From Kiritimatiellia bacterium (GTDB lineage: Bacteria; Verrucomicrobiota; Kiritimatiellia; RFP12; UBA1067): DNA of 64,000 nucleotides. Positions 1-7,656 of this stretch are shown here, piece after piece. The stretch's first letter is position 1. Each line of letters opens with the position of its first letter. The stretch spans positions 96,001-160,000 of the forward strand of contig JBMNFY010000008.1 in the NCBI GenBank assembly GCA_050949565.1. Reading direction: 5' to 3'. The translations under genes and the position numbers were made by a program. Under the pieces are notes generated by a model. It did no database searches and was not told the origin of the DNA. It saw nothing but the letters and a program-made list of their open reading frames with translations.

Positions 1-2
1 CA

Positions 3-683
3 TCACTGGGCGTATCACGCGAAAACGCCTATGCCCGTCTGCTCGGCGCGGCGCGGCTGTTGCCGCAGCCCGAAGACGCGACCGACCCCGAAAGCCAGCG
101 CTTCATTCGCATGTTGTGGGATCTCTGGTGGCGTGAGTCGTCCGCCGAATTACCGGATGACGTGACATGGCGCCTGCACAACCTGCGCCCGCAGAACGCG
201 CCGGTGCGCCGGCTCGCGGCGGCCGCCAGCCTCTTCAGCGGCATGTTCACCATACGCCACGAACTCGACCGCCTGACCGTCACCGATGGCGCGACGTGGC
301 ACGCCAAAGCGCTCGAGTGTCTGACCGCGCGTTGCGCCTGGCCCTTCTGGAACGTCCGCCTGACCCTCACGTCAGCCCCGGAAAAGAAGGAGACCGCCCT
401 GCTGGGCACTGCACGCGCGGCGGCCATTGTCACGAACGTGCTGCTGCCTTTCGCGGCCGCCGAAGGCACACTGCCGGACGGCGCGACCACCCGGCTGCCG
501 CCAGAAGATATCTCCGCCCCGATGCGCCTGACCGCCCTGTATCTGTTCGGGCGCGACCACAATCCCGCCGCCCTGTATGCCGACAACGGACTGCTCCAGC
601 AGGGCCTGCTGCAAGTCTATCTCGACTTCTGCCTCAACGCCAAGCCCGGCTGCGACGCCTGCGCCCTGTGCGACGCGCTTTAG
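3..683 (+). CDS. DUF2851 family protein, C-terminal part (5' truncated by the window edge)
   Basis: Frame is open from position 3; LRPQNAPVRRLA motif, 'IVTNVLLP' and terminal C-x5-CxxCxxC resemble the DUF2851 C-terminus. Confidence 0.7.
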   Translation, partial: SLGVSRENAYARLLGAARLLPQPEDATDPESQRFIRMLWDLWWRESSAELPDDVTWRLHNLRPQNAPVRRLAAAASLFSGMFTIRHELDRLTVTDGATWHAKALECLTARCAWPFWNVRLTLTSAPEKKETALLGTARAAAIVTNVLLPFAAAEGTLPDGATTRLPPEDISAPMRLTALYLFGRDHNPAALYADNGLLQQGLLQVYLDFCLNAKPGCDACALCDAL

Positions 684-732
684 ATTTAGGATTAGATAAT
701 TTGAAAAGTTACCGGAAAAGTAGGATGGCGTA

Positions 733-761
733 TTGACAAAAGACGTCCAGACGTCTATCGT
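733..761 (+). promoter_or_regulatory. sigma70-type promoter of the methyltransferase gene with a palindromic spacer
   Basis: TTGACA (733-738), 17 bp, TATCGT (756-761); spacer holds the palindrome AGACGTC-CA-GACGTCT; ATG lies 7 nt after the -10 with no Shine-Dalgarno. Confidence 0.65.
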
Positions 762-767
762 ACTCCT

Positions 768-1994
768 ATGTCCAATCCGCAAAAAAGATTACAACCAGGT
801 CGTGTCAGAGACGCCATCATAAACACCGTCAAACAAGCCCAACGCCCGCTTTCCGTTAAAGAGATCGTCGAATCCGTCAGGCAAACTCTCGGAGACGTGC
901 CGACCTCTTCAATCCGTTCTTATCTCAGACTGAACACGCCCGATGTCTTTGTAAGAGAATCACGAGGATATTACTCATGCTCCTTCGTCCAGCCTGAACT
1001 TATCGACTCCTTTGAGTCAGTACCCTCAAAAGTTGATCTGCTTACATCTAAAAAAGTTGGGGGCAACGCAATCTTGTATCACGCCGACTGTTTCGACTGG
1101 TTGGCCCGACAATCGCCAAACAGCATCCATGCTATTGTCACTGATCCGCCTTACGGCCTGTTTGAATACTCTGAAAAACAGATAACCAAACTTCGCAGTG
1201 GCAGAGGGGGTGTGTGGCGGATTCCACCGTCGTTCGACGGACACATGCGATCTCCGCTTCCTCGCTTCACAGTCCTTTCCGCAGACCAGCTCCAAGACCT
1301 ACGCACCTTTTTCACCGAATGGGGGCGTACACTGCTACCGAGACTCGTTCCAGGGGCAAATGTTATTGTCGCATCCAATCCCCTGTTGTCTTACATTGTC
1401 TCAGATGCTTTGGCCAGCGCGGGGCTTGAGCGTCGTGGCGAGATAGTCAGATTAACAATGACCATGCGAGGGGGAGACCGTCCGAAGGCTGCTCACGAGG
1501 AGTTCTCCTGTGTCAGCGTCATGCCGCGTTCCATGTGGGAACCTTGGCTTGTCTATCGCAAACCTGTCGAAGGGCGTGTTCAAGACAACCTACGTAAATG
1601 GGGCACTGGGGGTTTCCGTCGCCCTGAAAAAGACAAACCGTTCGGTGATGTGATCGCCTCCGCGCCAACACGGAAAGCAGAACGTGAAATCGCCCCCCAC
1701 CCGAGTCTCAAACCTCAAGCCTTCTTGCGACAGCTCGTCCGAGCAGCACTGCCCCTCGGCAAAGGAGTCGTCGTTGACACCTTTGCCGGCTCAGGCTCCA
1801 CTCTCGCCGCCGCTGAAGCGGTCGGTTATGAAAGTATTGGGATTGAGAAGGACGAGACCTACTTCAACTTAGCCTGCAAAGCCATCCGACGTCTTGCGGC
1901 GTACGAGCCGAGTGACGGCACCTTTTCGTCATCGTCACGCCCCCAGACGGTAAATCCAGTTTCTACGGAGCTTCGTGATGCCGTCACGATGTAA
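768..1994 (+). CDS. N4/N6 DNA methyltransferase (beta class) with an N-terminal winged-HTH-like domain
   Basis: Motif IV TDPPY precedes HPSLKP and motif I DTFAGSGST; first ~70 aa (PLSVKEIVESV..SSIRSYL) look like a wHTH. Confidence 0.9.
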   Translation: MSNPQKRLQPGRVRDAIINTVKQAQRPLSVKEIVESVRQTLGDVPTSSIRSYLRLNTPDVFVRESRGYYSCSFVQPELIDSFESVPSKVDLLTSKKVGGNAILYHADCFDWLARQSPNSIHAIVTDPPYGLFEYSEKQITKLRSGRGGVWRIPPSFDGHMRSPLPRFTVLSADQLQDLRTFFTEWGRTLLPRLVPGANVIVASNPLLSYIVSDALASAGLERRGEIVRLTMTMRGGDRPKAAHEEFSCVSVMPRSMWEPWLVYRKPVEGRVQDNLRKWGTGGFRRPEKDKPFGDVIASAPTRKAEREIAPHPSLKPQAFLRQLVRAALPLGKGVVVDTFAGSGSTLAAAEAVGYESIGIEKDETYFNLACKAIRRLAAYEPSDGTFSSSSRPQTVNPVSTELRDAVTM

Positions 1995-2540
1995 GGTTGC
2001 CGTGCGCGTTCCAAGTTCACCGCGCGCGTTCTTACGAAAGTCCTCCACCGTCACCAGACCCAAGTAGATTTCGGTAAAAGTCATTGGGCGACGATTCTTG
2101 GCGGGCTCTGTTTCGTTGTCAACGTTATAGACAAATACGCACATCCACTGGTTACGGGCACCATGCGTATCAACAGCGCCACCAGATTTTCGCGTCGTTT
2201 TGATCTCGATCCCCTGTTCGCCAGCCTTAACCTCATTCTTCGGATACACACCTCGAACAATCAAATCAGGGTGACCGTTGAAGTAGGCGTTTTCGCAAAG
2301 TGTTCGAGAGTGCTTTGCCAGACTCGCAGTCAGCATGTCTGAGAGAACGCCCGACATTATTGCAGGACGCAACATATCATCCAATCGGCGAAGCCCCTTT
2401 GCCAACAAGGCCGAGTTAACATCAAAAAAGAAATCGTAGACATCCTGTACAGCCATACGGAAGTCATCGAGCCGTAACTCGAACGGCAACTGCGCTTGCG
2501 CATTGAACTCCCCTTGATCAAGCGTGTTTTTTACGATCAT
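1935..2540 (-). CDS. Putative type II restriction endonuclease (PD-(D/E)xK fold)
   Basis: GHPDL...IEIKTT catalytic-like motif; convergent with and overlapping the MTase; lower GC than flanks. Confidence 0.6.
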   Translation of the reverse strand: MIVKNTLDQGEFNAQAQLPFELRLDDFRMAVQDVYDFFFDVNSALLAKGLRRLDDMLRPAIMSGVLSDMLTASLAKHSRTLCENAYFNGHPDLIVRGVYPKNEVKAGEQGIEIKTTRKSGGAVDTHGARNQWMCVFVYNVDNETEPAKNRRPMTFTEIYLGLVTVEDFRKNARGELGTRTATLHRDGITKLRRNWIYRLGA

Positions 2541-2558
2541 CTTATGACGTGCCTTTTC

Positions 2559-5500
2559 CTACATCTTCACGATTTTGACCGTCACCGCGTGGCCATTGAG
2601 ATCGCAGGCGTCGCCGGTGACCGCGCCGAACTCCAGGTGCTTGCACAGCGTCTCGGTCTGGACATAATCGGTGAAGGCGTCGATGGCGGCGCGCACCTCG
2701 TCATCGCACGCGACGGTCACGGCGATGCGCTGCGTCACCTCGAAGCCCGCCTCCTTGCGCAGGTTCTGTACGCGGCTCACGAACTCGCGCGCCAAGCCTT
2801 CCTGCACGAGCGCAGGCGTCAGCGCCGTCTCAATGCCAACGAGAACATCGCCTTCGGAGGCCACCACCATGCCCGCCTTGGGCGTGCGCTGCACCACCAC
2901 GTCGTCAGCGCCCAACTCGACAGAGAGCCCCGCCGCCTCGATGGTCACCGGACGGTCGGCGGCCAACTCCGCCGCCTGTTCCGAAGAGAGACGCGCGATC
3001 GCCGCCGCCACCGCCTTCATGTTGGCACCGAACTTCGGACCCAGCTTGCGGAAATCGGCTTTGACCGACACATCGGCCATGGCGGTTTCATCGTTGCCGA
3101 ACGCAACCGTCTTGATGTTGAGTTCGTCCGTGATCAAATCTTCGAAGCCTTCCAGCATCGCGCGGATTTCGGGATTGGCCGAGACGACATGCAACGCCGC
3201 CAGCGGCTGTCGCACTTTGAGGTCGTTCTCCGTACGGAGCTGCCGACCGAGCCGCACCACGGTCTGCACCAATGCCATGCTACGCTCAAGCGCCGCGTCG
3301 CGCGCCGCCGTGTTGGCCGTCGGGAAGTCGCACAGATGAACCGATTCCGGCATCGACGCCCCCTTGAGATTGCGATAAATGTTTTCGCTGATAAAAGGTG
3401 TGAAGGGCGCGGCAACCTTGCAGAGCTGCACCAGCGCATACCGCAGCGTGCGGTAGGCGTGCATCTTGTCGTCATCGTTCTGCGATTTCCAGAAACGCCG
3501 ACGGCTGCGCCGGATGTACCAGTTGGTGAGGTCCTCGACAAAATTCACGAACGGACGCACCGAACGCTGAAGGTCATAGTTGTCCATCGCCTCGGTCACA
3601 TCCTGAATCAGCGTCTCCAGCGAACTGATGATCCAGCGGTCAAGCACATTCGGGCTCGACGGCGTCACCAGCTCCTCATCATAAAACCCATCGACATTGG
3701 CGTAGGTCACAAAGAAGCTGTAGGCATTCCACCAGGGAATCAACAAATCGCGGAGCGTCTGCTTCACGCCGCTTTCAGAGAAACGCAGATTTTCCGCGCG
3801 CACGACCGGCGAGTGGATCATGTAGAGGCGCAACGCATCCGCACCGTAGGCGTCCAGAATGTGCGTGGGATCCGGATAGTTTTTCAGGCGCTTGGACATT
3901 TTCTTGCCGTCCTCGGCCAGCACCAACCCGTTCACCACCACGTTCTTAAACGGTGCGCGATCAAAGAGACAGGTGCCGAGCACCATCAGCGTGTAGAACC
4001 ACCCCCGCGTCTGATCCAAGCCTTCCGCGATAAAGTCCGCCGGGAAGAATGTGGAGATGTCCTGCCCGCCCTTCCTTCTCTTCTCCCCAACTCCTAACTC
4101 CTCACTCCTAACTCCTAAATCCCCGAAGGGGTAATGCTGTTGCGCGTACGGCATGGAGCCCGATTCAAACCAGCAGTCCAACACCTCGGGGGTACGGCGA
4201 TAGGTTTTGCCGTCGCGGCGAATCACCACCTCGTCGACAAAGTGCTTGTGCAGATCGGTCACGCGCTGCCCGGACAATTCCTCCAGTTCCGCCACCGAAC
4301 CGACGCAGATCATGTCCGACGGATCCTGTTCGTTGATCCAGACCGGAATGCACGATCCCCAGAAGCGGTTGCGGCTGATGTTCCAATCGCGCGCCTCGCT
4401 CAGCCAATTGCCGAACCGCTTGTCGCCGACATAATCCGGCATCCAATGTACCGTGTCGTTGTTGCGCGTGAGCCGCTCGCGCAGATCCTCGACGCGGACG
4501 TACCACGCCTCGATAGCGCGGTAGATCAGCGGCGTGTCGGTGCGGTCGCAGAACGGGTAGCTGTGGACGATCGTTGTCTGATGCACCAGCTTCCCTTCCT
4601 GCTTCAGACGCTTGATCAAATCTTTGTCGCAATCTTTGCAGAAGCGGCCTTGGTATTCAGGCAGTTTGTCCGTGAATTGGCAGACCGAATCGAGCGGGTC
4701 AGCCATGACCGTGATTCCCGCCTCCTTGCAGACGCGGAAGTCGTCTTCGCCGTACGCTGGTGCGATGTGCACCAGACCCGTGCCATCTTCGGTACTGACG
4801 AAGTCATCATTCAAGACGCGGAACGCGCCCTCATCCGCGTACTCTGCAAAGTACGGGAAGAGCGGCTCATAGGTCCATCCTTTCAGGTCACGCCCCTTCA
4901 GCCGCGCCAGAATCTGATACTCCTCCGGATGCTTGTAGTAGACATCGAGGCGCGCCTCGGCCATCACGAAACACGTGTCGGCGGCGGTATCGCGCACCAC
5001 CACGTAGTCGATCTCCGGCCCGGCGCAGATTGCGAGGTTTCCGGGCAGCGTCCACGGCGTGGTGGTCCAGATCAACAGGTTCGTTTTACCCCAGGCCGGA
5101 TCGGCACCGGACAACACCTTGACGCGCACCGTGATCGAGGGATCCTGCACGTCCTTATAGTTGTTGCCGGCCTCGAAATTGCTGAGCGGGGTGCTGAGCT
5201 TCCAACTGTACGGCATGATGCGGTAGGACTTGTAGACGCGCCCCTGCTCCCACAGTTGTTTGAAGACCCACCAGATGCTCTCCATGAACGTCGGATCCAT
5301 GGTCTTGTAGTCATTGTCGAAATCCACCCAGCGCCCCATGCGTGTGACGGTCTTACGCCACTCATTGACATAGGTGAGCACCATCGAGCGGCACTGCTCG
5401 TTAAACGCGGCCACGCCGAGCTGACGGATTTCATGCGCGCCGCTGACCCCCAGTGCCTCCTGTGCCAGCGCTTCGATCGGCAGTCCGTGGCAATCCCAGC

Positions 5501-5750
5501 CGAAGCGGCGCTCCACGTAATATCCGCGCATGGTCTGGTAGCGCGGCACGATATCCTTGATCGTCCCCGCCAGCAGGTGACCGTAGTGCGGCAGGCCCGT
5601 CGCAAAGGGCGGTCCGTCATAAAACACATACGCGTCCTTATCGCGGTTGCGGCCGAGACTCTTCTTAAAGGTGTCGTTCGCCTCCCAATACGACAGCGTC
5701 TCGCGCTCCATCGCAGGAAAATCAGACTTGTTGGAAACCGGTTGAAACAT
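2559..5750 (-). CDS. ileS: Isoleucine--tRNA ligase (type 2)
   Basis: DGPPFATGLPHYGH, WTTTPWTLP, DWNISRNRFWG, EGLDQTRGWF and KMSKR motifs; type-2 C-terminal extension. Confidence 0.98.
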   Translation of the reverse strand: MFQPVSNKSDFPAMERETLSYWEANDTFKKSLGRNRDKDAYVFYDGPPFATGLPHYGHLLAGTIKDIVPRYQTMRGYYVERRFGWDCHGLPIEALAQEALGVSGAHEIRQLGVAAFNEQCRSMVLTYVNEWRKTVTRMGRWVDFDNDYKTMDPTFMESIWWVFKQLWEQGRVYKSYRIMPYSWKLSTPLSNFEAGNNYKDVQDPSITVRVKVLSGADPAWGKTNLLIWTTTPWTLPGNLAICAGPEIDYVVVRDTAADTCFVMAEARLDVYYKHPEEYQILARLKGRDLKGWTYEPLFPYFAEYADEGAFRVLNDDFVSTEDGTGLVHIAPAYGEDDFRVCKEAGITVMADPLDSVCQFTDKLPEYQGRFCKDCDKDLIKRLKQEGKLVHQTTIVHSYPFCDRTDTPLIYRAIEAWYVRVEDLRERLTRNNDTVHWMPDYVGDKRFGNWLSEARDWNISRNRFWGSCIPVWINEQDPSDMICVGSVAELEELSGQRVTDLHKHFVDEVVIRRDGKTYRRTPEVLDCWFESGSMPYAQQHYPFGDLGVRSEELGVGEKRRKGGQDISTFFPADFIAEGLDQTRGWFYTLMVLGTCLFDRAPFKNVVVNGLVLAEDGKKMSKRLKNYPDPTHILDAYGADALRLYMIHSPVVRAENLRFSESGVKQTLRDLLIPWWNAYSFFVTYANVDGFYDEELVTPSSPNVLDRWIISSLETLIQDVTEAMDNYDLQRSVRPFVNFVEDLTNWYIRRSRRRFWKSQNDDDKMHAYRTLRYALVQLCKVAAPFTPFISENIYRNLKGASMPESVHLCDFPTANTAARDAALERSMALVQTVVRLGRQLRTENDLKVRQPLAALHVVSANPEIRAMLEGFEDLITDELNIKTVAFGNDETAMADVSVKADFRKLGPKFGANMKAVAAAIARLSSEQAAELAADRPVTIEAAGLSVELGADDVVVQRTPKAGMVVASEGDVLVGIETALTPALVQEGLAREFVSRVQNLRKEAGFEVTQRIAVTVACDDEVRAAIDAFTDYVQTETLCKHLEFGAVTGDACDLNGHAVTVKIVKM
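4089..4123 (-). repeat. AGGAGTT-family heptamer array (5 units) in frame inside ileS
   Basis: Minus strand reads GGGATTT AGGAGTT AGGAGTG AGGAGTT AGGAGTT; the same family is intergenic at 51846, 54725 and 58590. Confidence 0.85.
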
Positions 5751-5778
5751 GATGCGCCTTTCCTCGTAAATGTCCGCG

Positions 5779-5807
5779 ATTATAGCAGATCATCCTTGTG
5801 GCGTGAA
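5779..5807 (-). promoter_or_regulatory. Probable ileS promoter
   Basis: Minus strand TTCACG, 17 bp, TATAAT with an extended -10 TG; GAGGAAAGG RBS downstream. Confidence 0.6.
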
Positions 5808-5827
5808 CGGCCAATCCCGGCGGAGAA

Positions 5828-6220
5828 GTAATGGGTAATAGGTAAGAGGTAATCAAAATCGCTATCGCTATCGCCGCAAGTCGCAGGTCGCGGGTCAAGC
5901 GCTCTTGTTGCGGCCACGCAGTGGCCCGCAACCGTGAGAGTAAAAGCGTTGTTCGGATTTGTTTAACCACAGAGGCGCAGAGACGCAGAGTTTTTTGGGA
6001 GATGGCGCTCTCGGTTTCTTGGAACCGCCAAGATGCCAAGAACGCCAAGGTTTTTTTAGGGGCCTTACCACGAAGTCACGAAGAAGGAAAAAAACATTAA
6101 AAAACTCTCTGTGCCTCCGTGCCTCTGTGGTTCCCTTGATCCTTGCCGAGCACTGCCCCCTAAAAAAACTTCGTGTCTTTCGTGCCTTCGTGGTGAAAAA
6201 CTCACTTCGGCGTTCAGCGG
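5828..6220. repeat. Mosaic intergenic repeat cluster (7-mer and 6-mer arrays, hairpin, forward and inverted 9-mer-triplet modules)
   Basis: (GGTAATA)n, (ATCGCT)n, (GCAAGTC)n, AACCACAGAGGCGCAGAGACGCAGAG, AACCGCCAAGATGCCAAGAACGCCAAG and inverted counterparts; 5873-5960 recurs at 9414-9501. Confidence 0.85.
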
Positions 6221-6223
6221 CAC

Positions 6224-6478
6224 TCACCGATAAATGTCACTTCGGTGACCCATGGCGATAACCGTGACCACAAGCCGTGCATCGTGAATCTCATAGATCA
6301 CACGGTAGGCTCCAACACGGATTCGCCATGCAGGGCGTCCAGAAAGTTTGATGCATCCGGCAGGACGTGGATTCGCGGCTAGAGCTCGAATCGCAGCAAC
6401 GATACCGGGCTGGGCACTACGCTCAATTCCTGCAAGTTGCTTTTGGGCAACGCGCAGAATATCGATCTCATAGATCAC
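6224..6478 (-). CDS. Type II toxin, RelE/StbE family
   Basis: NPRPAGCIKLSG..WRIRVGAYRVIYEI..GHRSDIYR; GTG start overlaps the antitoxin TGA. Confidence 0.9.
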   Translation of the reverse strand: MIYEIDILRVAQKQLAGIERSAQPGIVAAIRALAANPRPAGCIKLSGRPAWRIRVGAYRVIYEIHDARLVVTVIAMGHRSDIYR

Positions 6479-6681
6479 GCCTGACAATCCTGTTCGATCT
6501 CTCGAACGGCCAGTTCGAAGGGGATCTTGTCGGCAGCATGGCGCTGGGCTTCGTCGTATGCGCGGATATCGTCCAGCTCCTCCAGCTCACTAACGATGTG
6601 TTCCCATTCGTCCGCCGTCACCAGAACCGCCTTGCGCTTCTGGTGTTTGTCGACAACGTATTTTGGACTTAAAGTTATCAC
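6475..6681 (-). CDS. Cognate antitoxin
   Basis: 68-aa acidic protein (YVVD..KAVLV..WE..LEELDDIRAYD) directly upstream of and coupled to the RelE gene. Confidence 0.8.
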   Translation of the reverse strand: MITLSPKYVVDKHQKRKAVLVTADEWEHIVSELEELDDIRAYDEAQRHAADKIPFELAVREIEQDCQA

Positions 6682-6750
6682 GGTATCACCACGAAGTCAT
6701 TATGGCCGACTCACTCGCCTAAATCAACCCCTCTTTGTACAATTTCTCCA

Positions 6751-6916
6751 AACCACGAACCACACCAAATACACGAAAACAGCGCCGTGCCTTTTCGTAT
6801 CATTCGCGTGATTCGCGCAATTCGCGGTTGAAAAGCCGAGCCGTGCCTTTTCGCGTATTTCGTGTTTTTCGTGGTTAAAATTTACTTCGACGTTCTGAGT
6901 TCAGCGTTCAGCGTTC
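6751..6916. repeat. Mosaic repeat cluster (9-mer-triplet modules plus GCGTTCA heptamers)
   Basis: AACCACGAACCACACCAAATACACGAA, two inverted triplets ending GGTT, then ACTTCGACGTTCTGAGTTCAGCGTTCAGCGTTC. Confidence 0.8.
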
Positions 6917-6974
6917 CCAAAAAATCACGAAAAAATGTCTTGCGCGGTTTCCCGCAGTTTTCCGATTTTTTCGG

Positions 6975-7000
6975 TTGACTTTTACCCCCCCCCGCACAAT
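6975..7000 (+). promoter_or_regulatory. Candidate promoter with a poly-C tract in its spacer
   Basis: TTGACT, then ttta-C9-g (14 bp), then CACAAT, upstream of the 7099 gene. Confidence 0.4.
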
Positions 7001-7098
7001 GTGTGCCAACCATGGGGTCGGCATTTCCCCAGTCAAGCCCATAAGCGTGTAACGATCTGAAATCACTGGAAAAAGTAAACGAGAGAGGATGATGTCCG

Positions 7099-7599
7099 AT
7101 GAACGAAACACTTGGAACAAAGACTAACGAGAAAACGATCTTTGCTATAAGAGGCGTGAAAGACACGGGAAAGACGCAGACCATTAGGAAGATTCACAGG
7201 TTGCTTGAGAAAGCTTATCCCACGGCAAAGGTTACATGGGTCTATCCAAAAGAGGATCCCTTAAATTCCCCTCAAGACATTTGTCTGTTCATGGAAATAG
7301 ACGGGGTGTGGATCGGAATAGAAAGTCAGGGTGATCCTAGCTGTCGTTTACCGGAAAGTTTAGAAATGTTTGCAAAACACCAACCGCCCTGCGCTGTGAT
7401 CCTGTGCGCCACGCGAACACGCGGGGGGACAGTTTGGGCGGTTGACGGGCTTGAACACGCCTACGGATATAAAGCTGTCTGGATAGAAAAGGAAGATTAC
7501 CAGAAAGACAGCAAGGACAACGATCAAGAGAACGCCGAATGCGCTAATCACATCTTCACGCAAATCGTACACCTGCTACCCCAAAAGCCGGCGCATTAA
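7099..7599 (+). CDS. Small hypothetical P-loop-like protein
   Basis: N-terminal IRGVKDTGKT resembles Walker A; GAGAGGA RBS; AT-richer than flanks. Confidence 0.7.
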   Translation: MNETLGTKTNEKTIFAIRGVKDTGKTQTIRKIHRLLEKAYPTAKVTWVYPKEDPLNSPQDICLFMEIDGVWIGIESQGDPSCRLPESLEMFAKHQPPCAVILCATRTRGGTVWAVDGLEHAYGYKAVWIEKEDYQKDSKDNDQENAECANHIFTQIVHLLPQKPAH

Positions 7600-7656
7600 C
7601 TCCTAACTCGTGGGTGGGTTCAGCCTTGTGAAAACCCACAACCTAGGTACAAATCC

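Noticed and set aside
2559-5750. Type-2 IleRS as an acquired mupirocin-resistance gene
   Set aside because: Host-like composition; type-2 IleRS is the normal housekeeping form in many lineages
2496-5831. Long antisense ORFs (also 18875-20890, 32019-34391, 49307-50833, 45950-47131)
   Set aside because: Shadow frames of GC-rich genuine genes, with no recognisable motifs
5722-6261. Small ORFs in repeat clusters (also 9520-10068, 44409-44969, 58588-58866)
   Set aside because: Open frames arise from repeat periodicity or overlap real genes; no coding signature
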